Below, piece after piece: positions 49,325 to 60,152 of a stretch of DNA of 64,000 nucleotides (positions within the stretch are counted from its first letter, which is position 1; each line of letters starts with the position of its first letter). This DNA is from Bdellovibrionota bacterium (lineage in GTDB: Bacteria > Bdellovibrionota_C > UBA2361 > JAAYZI01). The notes beneath the pieces are model-generated. The model was not told where the DNA came from and searched no databases. It saw only the letters and a list, made by a program, of their open reading frames with translations. The position numbers were made by a program, and so were the translations under genes. The stretch lies in assembly GCA_050950765.1 (NCBI GenBank), contig JBMNIF010000002.1, forward strand, positions 529,454-593,453, read 5' to 3'.

Positions 49325-49612
49325 TTAAATGCCGAGCTCTTTAATAAAGGCGACTGAGATCTCTTCAGAGGTCGGGCGATACGCTCCGCTTTCAATCTGA
49401 GACGAGATGCGCTCTATCTTAGCTCGACGTTGAGCCTGCTCGCTTTCTTCGGCTTTACTATTATAAAGTGAAGAGTCTACCGTGACAGCATCATCATTAG
49501 CAAAAGATGCTACCTTGTTTGTATCTGTCTGAATTTTTTTTGGTCCTGAATATAATTGATGGGCAGGATTTCCCAATGCTGTAATAAGTCTGTCTAATTT
49601 TTCTGTTCGCAT
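49325..49612 (-). CDS. flgM: Anti-sigma-28 factor FlgM (putative)
   Basis: 95 aa. The C-terminal RRAKIERISSQIESGAYRPTSEEISVAFIKE resembles the FlgM sigma-28-binding helix (..IESGTY.VD...IA..). Confidence 0.55.
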   Translation of the reverse strand: MRTEKLDRLITALGNPAHQLYSGPKKIQTDTNKVASFANDDAVTVDSSLYNSKAEESEQAQRRAKIERISSQIESGAYRPTSEEISVAFIKELGI

Positions 49613-49880
49613 GATTTTACCTCATCCATGAATAGATAACTCCGAGTGGTACTGCATCAAAGAAACTGCGCTTCACAACTAGCCCCGTCCTTAGGCATTA
49701 TAAAAATGCGTCTATACAATCCTGACGCAGAGAATCCATTCTAAGTTTAATTGTCGTCCAAGCTACAAATATCCTTTAGTGGTTTTTTTAAATTTGTAAG
49801 AAAATTCCTAAAAAATATAAAATAGGTAACAAAATCAGGGTGTTGCACTACGCATTTTTTACACTTTTTGCTATGGAGCG

Positions 49881-50075
49881 CCCTCTCTAAGAAGGTAAAA
49901 GGTAGTGACTGTGTGATTGATATTAGTGAGAATGTTTTTACCCCCTTTACTACAAAGCACTTCCTCTAAAAAAGTAAAAAGTAGTTACTGTGCGATTGAT
50001 ATTAGTGAGAATGTTTTTACTCCCTTTGTCACAAAGCACTTCCTCTAAAAAAGTAAAAAGGCATTTACTGTAATT
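49881..50075. repeat. Tandem repeat of about 83 bp, about 2.3 copies
   Basis: Unit ..ctctaa.aa.gtaaaa.gtagt.actgtg.gattgatattagtgagaatgtttttac.ccctt..cacaaagcacttcct. Confidence 0.75.
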
Positions 50076-50252
50076 GGTGTCAAAGAAAAATATTTTTAAA
50101 AAGTGTAAGAGATCTTACAGCAAATTAGAAAAAAATTTGAACGTAACTTAAGAGCTAGCTATGGTTTATCACACTTATTAAAATTATCACCTTTACAAAG
50201 GTAAAAGATTTATTACGAACGTTGAGATTATCAGAGTAAGGTAAAATTTATT

Positions 50253-50711
50253 ATGAACATTGAGATCTTTAGCTTTACAAAGGTAAAAGATTTAGTAGAG
50301 GCAGAGCTTCAATATCTTAAACGGCTACAAGGAGACCTATCGCTAAAGGTGACTGTACTTTCTCAATCAAAGATAAAAGCTACTCCTACTCTTATTCTTG
50401 CTGATGAAGCGAAAGAGCTACTCTCTCACTTAAGGCCGACGCAGTACCTTATTATTCTGGATGAATACGGATCGCAGATGACTTCAAAAGGTTTTGCGGA
50501 GTTGTTGCAAAAGCATCGTAATCAATCAACAGGAGAGTTAGTGTTTGCTATCGGAGGACCTTACGGCTGGGATGATTCTATTAGAAAAAGGGCGAATGCT
50601 ACCTTTTCACTATCGAAACTAACCTTCCCTGCGCACGTCGCTAAGTTTTTATTGATTGAACAACTTTATCGAGCGATGACTATTATTAACGGACATCCGT
50701 ATCATAAATAA
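50253..50711 (+). CDS. rlmH: 23S rRNA (pseudouridine1915-N3)-methyltransferase RlmH
   Basis: SPOUT family. GGPYGW, SLSKLTFPAH, EQLYRAMTIINGHPYHK match the RlmH C-terminus. Confidence 0.85.
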   Translation: MNIEIFSFTKVKDLVEAELQYLKRLQGDLSLKVTVLSQSKIKATPTLILADEAKELLSHLRPTQYLIILDEYGSQMTSKGFAELLQKHRNQSTGELVFAIGGPYGWDDSIRKRANATFSLSKLTFPAHVAKFLLIEQLYRAMTIINGHPYHK

Positions 50712-50798
50712 GTCGCACTCTTTTTCAGTTGTCCTAAATTGACAACAGATAATAGGCTTTTATACTTTTAGAGACCTTTTATTAAATACTATTTTCTT

Positions 50799-52166
50799 AT
50801 GAAACAACCACAGAAGAGAGGAAAAAATTCTTCATGCTTGGAAGTTAGTACAGCAGCAGAGAGAACTTCTCCTAATAAGATCGCTGAACAGAAGAGGAAA
50901 AAAAATTCTCTCTGTTTGGGAGAACGTGTCCGCGTCCACTTTAAAGCGTTAGCGCACGGCGGCACCTGTATCGGAGACATTACGGAGGGGGCGGCTAAAG
51001 GTGTAAAGGTTTTTGCTGCGGGGGTAATTCCTGGAGAAGATGCAGTTATCACTATTAAAGAGAATAGAGGTAATTTTTGTGAAGGAGAGTTATCTGAACT
51101 TTTAAGCACGGCACCAGCAAGGGTAACTCCCCCTTGCCCTTATTTTACACAACCATTAAATGGGTGTGGTGGTTGCGATCTGCAACACATTGAGGTTAAA
51201 ACTCAACGACAACTAAAACTCGCTTTAGTTCAAAATACGATCTTACATCAAGGAGGAGCTTCGGCAAAGAATGGTGCTTCTGATGCTTCAGATGGACTTC
51301 CTCCTTTTCACTATCGTCACAGAGTTACGTTACACACTGATAGTAACGGTAAGGTTGGCTTCTATAAGAAAAAAAGTGGAGAGTTAATTGAGATTGAACG
51401 GTGCTTACTTGTTACAGATGAGATCAATTTAGTTCTTCCTTTTGTTAAAGAGTTTGTAAAAAAACACCCTGCTTTAATAAGTGGAGTGGTGCTTGAGTTT
51501 CATGAAGGAGAGCACTTTTTATTATTAAAGATTGTAAAAGGTAAGGTGACGGCTTGGGATAGTTGGTTAACGGAGTTAAAACCACATTTTCACAGTATTA
51601 AACTTGAAAGTGATGGCGTTCAACTTTTTCAATATAAAAGAAGGGATAACACCATCCCTTTTGGACATTTTTCTCAAGTTAATGAAGAAGCAAACGTGCG
51701 CTTGGTTAACCTTGTCTGTTCTGAGATAACGGGGAGTGTTATCACGGAGCTCTACGCCGGTGCTGGAAACTTTAGTATTCCGTTAGCTCAGATGGGAAAA
51801 AAGGTTACAGCGGTTGAACTAGATCCTGAATTAACAAAGTATGGCACTCTTTTAGCATCTCAGAAAAATATCGCTCCTGAAGATCTGCACTTTATCAACT
51901 CTTCTGTTGAACGGTATTTAAAGAGAGCGTCACTTGCAGAAAGTGTTTTACTTGACCCACCACGTTCAGGTGCGCGCGTTGTAGCGGAAGTTTGTGACCC
52001 GACAAAGCAGAGAGAGATCGTGTATGTTAGTTGCAATCCAGCTACTTTAGCACGTGATATAAAAATCTTTACAACTAACGGTTTTATCTTACAAAAAATA
52101 ATAACCTTAGATATGTTTTCACAAACTCAACACATTGAGACGGTCGCTTTACTTTCAAATAAATAA
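50799..52166 (+). CDS. rlmD: 23S rRNA (uracil-5)-methyltransferase RlmD/RumA-type (TRAM + Fe-S + SAM MTase)
   Basis: TRAM-like N-terminus, Cys cluster CPYFTQPLNGCGGCDLQH, SAM motif ELYAGAGNFS, catalytic DPPRSG and VSCNP. The true start may be downstream of 50799. Confidence 0.8.
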   Translation: MKQPQKRGKNSSCLEVSTAAERTSPNKIAEQKRKKNSLCLGERVRVHFKALAHGGTCIGDITEGAAKGVKVFAAGVIPGEDAVITIKENRGNFCEGELSELLSTAPARVTPPCPYFTQPLNGCGGCDLQHIEVKTQRQLKLALVQNTILHQGGASAKNGASDASDGLPPFHYRHRVTLHTDSNGKVGFYKKKSGELIEIERCLLVTDEINLVLPFVKEFVKKHPALISGVVLEFHEGEHFLLLKIVKGKVTAWDSWLTELKPHFHSIKLESDGVQLFQYKRRDNTIPFGHFSQVNEEANVRLVNLVCSEITGSVITELYAGAGNFSIPLAQMGKKVTAVELDPELTKYGTLLASQKNIAPEDLHFINSSVERYLKRASLAESVLLDPPRSGARVVAEVCDPTKQREIVYVSCNPATLARDIKIFTTNGFILQKIITLDMFSQTQHIETVALLSNK

Positions 52167-52183
52167 TAACGAGGTGATATAGA

Positions 52184-53302
52184 GTGAACGAAGATCCGTT
52201 TAAGGAATATATCAAAGAATCCGAACCAACAAAAAGAGATAAAGGTTACGCTTGGCATACAGCCATTGGTCTGCAGGCGATAGACGGACTAAAAACATCA
52301 CAATATCTGGCGCATACTGCCGTTCGAAACATTGAAGGTGAGATCTCTTTTGAAGAGGTTAATACACTTTTGCACACCTACTATAAGGAAAACCCTACCC
52401 GTGATGCGACAGACCGCACTGAAGAAGCTGACAAGGTCTCAGCTCGAATCGTTGCACTCCTTTCCGAACGTGCCTTCACCTTTACGCCTAATGAGTACCT
52501 TTCCATTCACAAAAAATTATTTACAGGTATTTATCCCCATGCTGGACACCTTCGGGATTACAACATCACAAAAAAAGAATGGGTCTTAAATGGTGCGACC
52601 GTACTTTACGGCAGCGCTGCAGAGCTGCGGGCAACACTGAATTACGATTTTTCTAAAGAGAAAAAGTTCTCCTACAAGAATCTTTCGATGGATGAGATTA
52701 TCCATCACCTTGCTGTATTTATCTCCAAGTTGTGGCAGATCCATGTCTTCGGTGAGGGCAACACCAGAGCGACAGCGGTCTTCTTCATCAAGTACCTGCG
52801 CACGCTAGGCTTTGATATGACAAATAACACTTTCGCCGAGAACGCATGGTATTTTCGCAATTCACTGGTTAGAGCAAACTATAACGATCTTAAAAACGGC
52901 ATTCATGAAACAACGGAGTACCTTGAATTGTTCCTGCGTAATCTCCTTTTGAATGAGAACCATCCACTGCATAACAGAACATTACATATCAGCGGAAAAT
53001 TCAAAGAAGTAGAAAAAGTGAACATTGGACCTGAAAAAGCGAACATTGAAACACAAAAAGTGAACATTGAAACACAAAAAGTGAACATTGAAACTCTATT
53101 CACTGCAAAGACCGCTTCTCATATTCAGAAATTAAGAGAGACTTTAGGCGATAACAAAACATTTGGGAGGTCCGACCTTCAAAAAATACTTGGGTTAAAG
53201 TCAACAAGGAGTTCTGCACTGCTACGCGAAATGAGAGCACACGGAATTATAGAGCCTGTCTACGGACACGGAAAAGGAAAGTATCGTTTTTCCAACTTCT
53301 AA
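52184..53302 (+). CDS. Fic/Fido-family protein with variant motif and C-terminal KVNIETQ repeats
   Basis: HVFGEGNTRATAV matches HxFx(D/E)GN(G/T)R. C-terminal tandem KVNIETQ x3 and a winged-helix-like tail. Confidence 0.6.
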   Translation: MNEDPFKEYIKESEPTKRDKGYAWHTAIGLQAIDGLKTSQYLAHTAVRNIEGEISFEEVNTLLHTYYKENPTRDATDRTEEADKVSARIVALLSERAFTFTPNEYLSIHKKLFTGIYPHAGHLRDYNITKKEWVLNGATVLYGSAAELRATLNYDFSKEKKFSYKNLSMDEIIHHLAVFISKLWQIHVFGEGNTRATAVFFIKYLRTLGFDMTNNTFAENAWYFRNSLVRANYNDLKNGIHETTEYLELFLRNLLLNENHPLHNRTLHISGKFKEVEKVNIGPEKANIETQKVNIETQKVNIETLFTAKTASHIQKLRETLGDNKTFGRSDLQKILGLKSTRSSALLREMRAHGIIEPVYGHGKGKYRFSNF

Positions 53303-53379
53303 GTTGTTTAGAAGTTTTTTAAAAGCTGCCAAGCTTTTAAAAAAGTGTCTGGGCTTATCTTAGGATAGTGCAACTTTTA

Positions 53380-56010
53380 CTACTCTTTTTTAGCTTTCGA
53401 CTTACGTGTTGTTTTCTTTTTCTCTTCCACTTCCTCACTATCTTCTACTTCCGCAACTTTAGTTGCACGTAACTCCAAAAGATTAACTGCATCATCTAAA
53501 GTCAGAGCTTCAATGTCTGCTCCCTTAGGTATAGAAGCATTGATCTTACCATCAGTCACATAAGGACCAAAACGACCACTACGAAGAGAGATCTCTTTCT
53601 CTGTCGTTGGATGCTTTCCAAGAGCCTTTAATTTTAAAGGACTACTTCCGCCACGTCCACGCCTCTTAGGCTCTGCCAAGATCTCTAAAGCCCTCTCAAG
53701 TGTAATCGTTAAAGGAGAATCGGTTGCTGCCAAACTACGCGTATCACTACCACATTTGATATAGGGACCGTAGCGACCGTTAGCTGCTATAACCTCTTCA
53801 CTGTTTTGCGGATTACTACCTAACGACCTCGGCAAGGCGAGTAATTTTAAAGCAAGCTCAAGGTCAACCTCTTCAAGTGTCATCCCTGCTAATAATGAAG
53901 CTGTTTTATTAGGATTCTTTTTATCGTTCCGACTCTCTCCCAACTGTACATACGGACCGAACGGTCCATTTTTAATAAAGAAAACTGGCTCATTCGTTTC
54001 TGGATCCGTTCCTAAATTTTGAGGCCCCTCACTAGCAGACTTTAAAAGCTCTTCTGCTTTTTCAAGGGTTAACTCATCAGGTGGTAATAACGGCGGCACA
54101 CCAGCTCTATTTGTGCCGTCTGTTAAGAAAGCCCCGTAGCGCCCGACGCGAACTTCTATCTCTGCACCTTCTGCCGTTTTTGCTAACGGCATGCCACAAA
54201 CTAAACGGGGATCAATATTTTTTTCACCGTCTTCAACCATACCCTTTAAGCCAAGATGTCCGTTACCGTAATAAAACGTTTTTAAATACGTTAAATTATC
54301 CGCCTCTCCGCGAGAGATTGAATCTAAATTATCCTCAAACCCCGCCGTAAAACCGTAATCAACAAGGGTAGCAAAGTTTTTTTCCATTAAAGATGTTAAA
54401 ATCATCGCTAAAAAGGTCGGAACTAAAGCCGTCCCTTTTTTAAAAGCGTATTCACGCGATTGAATTACTCCAACTATTGAAGCCCAAGTGCTCGGTCTAC
54501 CGATACCCAACCTTTCCAGCTCTTTAATTAAACTACCTTCAGTATAACGCGCCGCCGGTAGTGTTGTATGTTGTAACGCTTCAAGGTGTTTAATACTTAA
54601 AGGATCGCCCTGCTTTAAAGGTGGAAGGATCTTCTCCTGATCTGCTAACTCGGCATCAGGATCATCAGAGCCTTCTACATAAGCTCTTAAAAATCCCGGA
54701 AAAGTTATGGTTTTACCAGAAGCTCTAAAACGAGCGTCGTCACATAAAATTGATGCTGTGATCCGCGTGCCGTGCGCATCAGTCATCTGCGAAGCGATCG
54801 TTCTCTTCCAGATCATCTCATAAAGTTTAAACGCCTCAATCCCGAAACGTGCTTGCACTTCAGAGAGTGGTACAAAATGCTCTCCAGCGGGACGGATCGC
54901 TTCATGCGCTTCCTGCGCATTTTTTACCTTTGTTTTATAAAGACGTGGGGATGCGGGTAAGTATTCTTTTCCAAAATCACGCTCAATTAAAGTTCTCGAT
55001 GCACGCAGAGCTTCTTCAGAGAGATTGGTTGAGTCAGTTCTCATATAGGTTATTAAACCGTTTTCATAAAGCGTCTGTGCAATCTTCATCGTACGTTGTG
55101 CTGTAAAGCGCAACTTTCTACTAGCTTCCTGTTGCAAAGTGCTTGTTGTAAAAGGTGCCGCTGGTTTATTGGTAAACGGCTTAGACTCTACGGAGCTAAC
55201 TTTTATATCTCCATTTTTTAACTTAGAGCAAAGCTCTTCAGCGCTCTTTTTATTAAGGAACACGACCGCTTCAGGCTTATCAAGCTTTCCTGTTAATGGG
55301 TTAAAATCTTTACCCTCAGCTATCCTTTTTTCTCCAACGTGCGTTAACTCCGCTTCAAAGAGGGCATTATCTTGCGTTTTAAAAACTCCTTTTAATCCCC
55401 AGAAATCAGCACTTTTAAAAGACAAACGCTCTCTTTCTCGTTCAACTAAAAGCCGCATGGCAACGCTCTGCACACGTCCAGCACTTAAGCCACGCTTAAC
55501 TTTTTTCCAAAGAAGTGGACTGACTTCATATCCGAATAAGCGGTCAACGATACGCCGCGTCTCTTGAGCACGCACCAACGCCATATCGATCTCCCTAGAA
55601 GATGAGATCGCTTTCTGAATGGCATCTTTTGTAATTTCATGAAAAACCATCCGACGCACTGGAACTTTCGGTTTTAAAACCTCCACTAAGTGCCAACTGA
55701 TCGACTCCCCTTCGCGGTCACCGTCAGTCGCCAGTAAAAGTTCAGAGGCATCTTTTATCAATTTTTTTAATTCAGTAACGTGTTTCTTCTTTCCGTCAGG
55801 AATGACATAGATCGGTTCAAAATTATTCTCTACATTAACACCGAGACTCGCCCACTTCTCCTTTTTATACTTTAACGGCACCTCTGCTGCATTATTAGGC
55901 AGGTCTCTAACGTGCCCAAAAGAAGATGCAATTGTATAATTATCGCCCAAAAAGCGTTTAATTGTTTTCGCCTTTGTTGGCGACTCCACTATCACAAGTC
56001 GATTAACCAT
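53380..56010 (-). CDS. topA: DNA topoisomerase I
   Basis: Toprim N-terminus (LVIVESPTKAKTI). Active-site region GLITYMRTDS. Multiple C-terminal Topo_C_Rpt-like repeats and a K-rich tail. Confidence 0.9.
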   Translation of the reverse strand: MVNRLVIVESPTKAKTIKRFLGDNYTIASSFGHVRDLPNNAAEVPLKYKKEKWASLGVNVENNFEPIYVIPDGKKKHVTELKKLIKDASELLLATDGDREGESISWHLVEVLKPKVPVRRMVFHEITKDAIQKAISSSREIDMALVRAQETRRIVDRLFGYEVSPLLWKKVKRGLSAGRVQSVAMRLLVERERERLSFKSADFWGLKGVFKTQDNALFEAELTHVGEKRIAEGKDFNPLTGKLDKPEAVVFLNKKSAEELCSKLKNGDIKVSSVESKPFTNKPAAPFTTSTLQQEASRKLRFTAQRTMKIAQTLYENGLITYMRTDSTNLSEEALRASRTLIERDFGKEYLPASPRLYKTKVKNAQEAHEAIRPAGEHFVPLSEVQARFGIEAFKLYEMIWKRTIASQMTDAHGTRITASILCDDARFRASGKTITFPGFLRAYVEGSDDPDAELADQEKILPPLKQGDPLSIKHLEALQHTTLPAARYTEGSLIKELERLGIGRPSTWASIVGVIQSREYAFKKGTALVPTFLAMILTSLMEKNFATLVDYGFTAGFEDNLDSISRGEADNLTYLKTFYYGNGHLGLKGMVEDGEKNIDPRLVCGMPLAKTAEGAEIEVRVGRYGAFLTDGTNRAGVPPLLPPDELTLEKAEELLKSASEGPQNLGTDPETNEPVFFIKNGPFGPYVQLGESRNDKKNPNKTASLLAGMTLEEVDLELALKLLALPRSLGSNPQNSEEVIAANGRYGPYIKCGSDTRSLAATDSPLTITLERALEILAEPKRRGRGGSSPLKLKALGKHPTTEKEISLRSGRFGPYVTDGKINASIPKGADIEALTLDDAVNLLELRATKVAEVEDSEEVEEKKKTTRKSKAKKE

Positions 56011-56289
56011 AATTCACCTGAGTTGTTGAACTTCAATAAAATACCTCCGAAGCATACCTATATTTGCACACGGTGCAAGAAGCAAGGGGAAAAAGCTCCC
56101 CTCTCTTTATTCCCTTGATAAAGATAACTACTTTATTTTTTTAATATATTACTCTCTAAAGGAAAGTTTTTTCTTTTAGGAAAAGTCTTCTCCATTTTTT
56201 AGTTAGGGGTCTAATACTTCTAAGAGACTATCAGGTTGGGCGCAGATATAATTTTTTAAAACGTACCTCCATTAAGGTTTTAATATAAA

Positions 56290-56485
56290 AAACAATGTGC
56301 CGCTTTAACAGGTAAAAAATTCGCCGCAAGGAAAAAGCACGCGGTTTTAGTAGAAAAAAACTTTACCATAAGAAAAAAATCATGCGGTTTTAGGAGGAAA
56401 AAGCTTTACTATAAAAATAATATGCGGCTTTAGTAGGTAAAATTCGCCGTAAGGAAAAAATCATGCGGTTTTAGGAGGTAAAAAA
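56290..56485. repeat. Intergenic tandem repeats of about 40 bp, each carrying an SD-like and ATG-like element
   Basis: atgcgg.tttag.agg(t)aaaaa... recurs 4-5 times, and taggagg recurs twice. Confidence 0.7.
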
Positions 56486-56566
56486 TCTCTATACTTTCAA
56501 GTTGTTCCAAATTAGCTACAATGATTATATATTGAGCAAGCGGGTTTCTCCATAGGAAATATCATT

Positions 56567-57625
56567 ATGAAATACGAATTCGGAAAAGCGGAAGATGCTT
56601 TAGGAGCAGAACGTTTACAATATCAAAAATTAAGGAAAAGACACTCTAGTTTAAAAAAATGGTCTTTTTTTATATCTCTACTCTTACTTGTCGGCGTCGG
56701 CTACTGGTATTTTTATGTTTCTTCTCAACAACGTTTTCCCAAATTACCAGAGGGATCTTATTTAGGTAGGATTTATGAGATCTTTCCTGATGAGCCCTCA
56801 GGGGTACAATTTTTTGTTGAGAGCTTACCGACGGAGGAATTGCTTTTTTCTTTGCAGCACCCAAAATGGAAACAGCAACGGGTAACAATGGTGCTAGGAG
56901 ATAGTCAAGGCAACTGGTTGCATCCGATAGTTATTGTTGGAAGTGATACGAAGTTAAAGTTTATCGGAAAGAGTAACGGGGGTATCTATCAAGGGAGCGT
57001 AGCAACACAAGATGGGAGTAAAAAAGGGCGTTGGGAGCTCACTATGATCTCATCCCCCGATCACAACGCCCTTGAAGACCTGACTAAACTGGAAGAGTGG
57101 TTAACTTTAAAGTTACAATCTGAACGTCTCTCTCAAGAAATTTTAGCCTCTAAAAGATCGGTTTCTGAACAAAATAAAGAGATCACGAAGTTGACTAATT
57201 TCATCACTGATGTTGATAGCCTTAAAGCTCGTGCTGAAAAAAAGTTTCGTGAAGTTACGGAAAAGATCACTGAGGAGGAAAAGGTTTTAAAGCAGAAAGA
57301 GAAGGAGGCGCAAGTAGTAGAAAATCAACTGGTTTTAGCGCAAGTAGTAACAGACATGGGAAAGTTAGTCTCGTTATCAAGACAAACTCTTGAACGTGAA
57401 AATCGATGGATTGATTCTGTCTTAGGTAGCGCCCTACCCCCACTCGGAGAAGATTTTCAATTAGCTGTTGAACAGGCAAAAAAAATCATCGGTGTAAAAA
57501 AAGCCATCGCCGAAGAGGAGGAGTATATCAATCACCTACGTAGTTTAATGCAGGGCGGAGCGCCGCAAGCTACGCCTCCACCACCACCGACTACTTTTGG
57601 ATCTTTGTGGGGGAATGCGCAATGA
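56567..57625 (+). CDS. Membrane-anchored coiled-coil protein
   Basis: N-terminal TM helix (FFISLLLLVGVGYWYFYV). Long heptad-rich region. C-terminal PPPPPTTFGSLWG. Confidence 0.4.
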   Translation: MKYEFGKAEDALGAERLQYQKLRKRHSSLKKWSFFISLLLLVGVGYWYFYVSSQQRFPKLPEGSYLGRIYEIFPDEPSGVQFFVESLPTEELLFSLQHPKWKQQRVTMVLGDSQGNWLHPIVIVGSDTKLKFIGKSNGGIYQGSVATQDGSKKGRWELTMISSPDHNALEDLTKLEEWLTLKLQSERLSQEILASKRSVSEQNKEITKLTNFITDVDSLKARAEKKFREVTEKITEEEKVLKQKEKEAQVVENQLVLAQVVTDMGKLVSLSRQTLERENRWIDSVLGSALPPLGEDFQLAVEQAKKIIGVKKAIAEEEEYINHLRSLMQGGAPQATPPPPPTTFGSLWGNAQ

Positions 57626-58473
57626 AACGAGGTATTATCTTTTTTGCTCTGATTTTTTTAGCACTATTAACTTGTAGCAGTAACGCCTTTACTCAAGAAC
57701 AAGTTATTGAGGTTGTAGTTAGTAGGTTAGTTAAGACCTCCTTTGAGCCGAAGGAAGCTTTTTTTATACTTAATCTTAACGAAGAGGTACAAAAAGTTCC
57801 TGTAAAACTTTGGATTACAGATCCTAATGATACAAAAACGGAAGGGAGTGATCTTTACAGATATTTTGGCACTTTATTTAAACTTCCTGCTACTCAAGAA
57901 AGTTTTCAAGAAGCTCTTCTAATTCTTGGCAACAATGGAGAAGGTGAATTTTTCCCGTTTAAAACTCATCAAACAGCAGATGATGTTGTTTCGAATGAAG
58001 AGCTTTTAAATCTCCTTCAAAAACAGAAAGAAGCTATTGAAAGTTGGCGGGTGCAATTACGAGTGCAATCAGAAAGTTTAGAACGTTTACGTTCTGATGC
58101 TGAAATTATCGGCAACTTAGGAAAGATTGCAGAAAAAACCACAGAGCTACAACGTATGAAGATACAACGCCGCAACCTTGATCGTGATATGGAGAACTTA
58201 AAACGTTTTATCAAGATCGCTGGTAAAACTCCAAAGCCACACAATTTTACACGCCGTCAAAATATGTTGACTGAACAGTTAGAGGAGATCGCTAAAGCTG
58301 CTAAAGCGATGGAGGCGGGAGAGAGAGATCGTAAGAATCAGAGCGAAAGCGAGTTGCAACAACAGCTGCGCATGGTAGAAGAAACTAGAGACGAAGATTA
58401 TGATGCTCTAAGAGAAAGGCTTAAAGCACTTAGACAAGAAAAAGTTGCACTTGAAGATTCTTATATGAGGTAA
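57620..58473 (+). CDS. Secreted coiled-coil protein
   Basis: ATGA start-stop overlap with the upstream ORF. Signal peptide MKRGIIFFALIFLALLTCSS. Coiled-coil C-terminal half. Confidence 0.4.
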
Positions 58474-58483
58474 AAGGTATATT

Positions 58484-58786
58484 ATGACGGAGTCGCTATC
58501 AAACACCGCTGACTATCACCGTTTAGCTCAGTTGGTGTGCGATCGAGGCTTGGCGGCTCCAGCAGTATTTTTTCTTGAAATGTATAAACCTGTTTCTACA
58601 TTAATCGGTTCTGGAGCTCTCCTCTGCGAACCCCTCTTAAAGATCTTCTTTACAGGTGAGGCAACAGCAACAGCTATTGATTTTTTACAATCAAGGGAAA
58701 ACATAGAACGTTTAATCTACGAGATAGAAGAGATAAGTCGCCTTAATAAAGCGCAGAATAGAGAAAAGACTCAAAATTTATCTTAA
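58484..58786 (+). CDS. Small hypothetical protein
   Basis: ORF 10 bp after the preceding gene, same strand. Confidence 0.3.
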   Translation: MTESLSNTADYHRLAQLVCDRGLAAPAVFFLEMYKPVSTLIGSGALLCEPLLKIFFTGEATATAIDFLQSRENIERLIYEIEEISRLNKAQNREKTQNLS

Positions 58787-58943
58787 TAAATTCAATATAT
58801 TACAAATAGGAGATCTCCATCAAAGCCGCATAACATATTAGGTTTATTGTTATTTTTACCTATCTGGACAAATCCAAACTTAAACTTTGACATTGTCGAA
58901 GTTTAAGTTTGACATTGCCAAAGCTGTAAAGTATATTTGTCTT

Positions 58944-60152
58944 ATGTACTACATCCGTGACATTACAGATAGGCTTAAAGAATTAGCAAGCACATTTAAT
59001 GTTGTAATCGTTACAGGTGCAAGACAGACAGGAAAGACCACATTACTTAAAGAGGTATTCCCTAATTATGAATACATCTCCCTTGATCTTCCCAGTGTAG
59101 CTGAACAAGCTGAAAAACAACCGCAGGATTTTTTTTCAAGACACTCTGAATATCTTATTATTGATGAGGTGCAATACGCCCCCTCTTTGTTTAGACACAT
59201 CAAGTATCTTGTCGATGAAGATAGACAAAAAAAAGGAAGATATATCCTTTCCGGATCGCAAAAATTTAATTTAATGAAAGAAGTTTCAGAAAGTTTAGCA
59301 GGACGGTGTGCCGTCCTTAATTTAGAAACATTCTCTTTTTCTGAAATAAAGAGTCATAATCGCTTTAAAAGTGTCTTAGATTACCAAACAATGCTTATGA
59401 AAGGCGGTTTTCCTGAACTTTGGGAGAACAGAGATCTTAAACGACAAGATTTTTTTTACAGCTATTTATCGACATACCTTGAAAGAGATGTCAGACAACT
59501 TCTCGGAATCGCAAGTCTAAGAGATTTTGAAAGATTTATCCGTCTCTGTGCTTCAAGAAATGCACAATTACTGAATAAAACCGAACTCGCAAAAGATGTT
59601 GGCGTCTCTGCTACAACCATTAACAACTGGTTGTCTGTTATGGAGGCTTCAAACCAAATAGTCTTATTGGAGCCGTATTATGAAAACTTGGGAAAAAGAA
59701 TTATTAAGACACCCAAATTGTATTTTTGCGATACGGGATTACTGACATACCTACTCGGCTTACAAAGCCTCTCAAAAACCCCTTTTACTGGAATGATTTG
59801 GGAAACATTTATTTTTTCTGAATTAAGAAAATATCTACATAAGGCTACTTCAGGATCTTCTTTGTGGTTTTATAGAGATAAAAACGGCACAGAGGTGGAT
59901 TTTGTAATCATACAAGGGGCTGAAGTTACCCTCTTTGAATGTAAGTGGTCCGAGCTACCTGTAAAGCAAGATGCCGCAGGACTACTTAAGGTAGGATCTT
60001 ACTTTAAAGAAAAGAAGCCGATCCCTTTCGAAGTTAAACAGAATTTTATCGTTTGCAGAACGGAGACCCCATTCCCTATCGCACACGATGTTACAGCCAT
60101 AAACGGATTTAATTTAGCTGAAGATATGAAAAGACACTTTCAAGATACTTAA
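58944..60152 (+). CDS. AAA+ ATPase (AAA_14 + DUF4143-type)
   Basis: VVIVTGARQTGKTTLLK Walker A about 35 aa from the proposed Met (MYYIRD). IIDEVQ Walker B. C-terminal DUF4143-like region. Confidence 0.6.
   Translation: MYYIRDITDRLKELASTFNVVIVTGARQTGKTTLLKEVFPNYEYISLDLPSVAEQAEKQPQDFFSRHSEYLIIDEVQYAPSLFRHIKYLVDEDRQKKGRYILSGSQKFNLMKEVSESLAGRCAVLNLETFSFSEIKSHNRFKSVLDYQTMLMKGGFPELWENRDLKRQDFFYSYLSTYLERDVRQLLGIASLRDFERFIRLCASRNAQLLNKTELAKDVGVSATTINNWLSVMEASNQIVLLEPYYENLGKRIIKTPKLYFCDTGLLTYLLGLQSLSKTPFTGMIWETFIFSELRKYLHKATSGSSLWFYRDKNGTEVDFVIIQGAEVTLFECKWSELPVKQDAAGLLKVGSYFKEKKPIPFEVKQNFIVCRTETPFPIAHDVTAINGFNLAEDMKRHFQDT

Noticed and set aside
53315-53342. AT-rich hairpin aaaagct-gcca-agctttt between the convergent Fic and topA genes, as a bidirectional terminator
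   Set aside because: The stem is only 7 bp and AT-rich. The flanking runs are A on one side and T on the other. It is not convincing as an intrinsic terminator.
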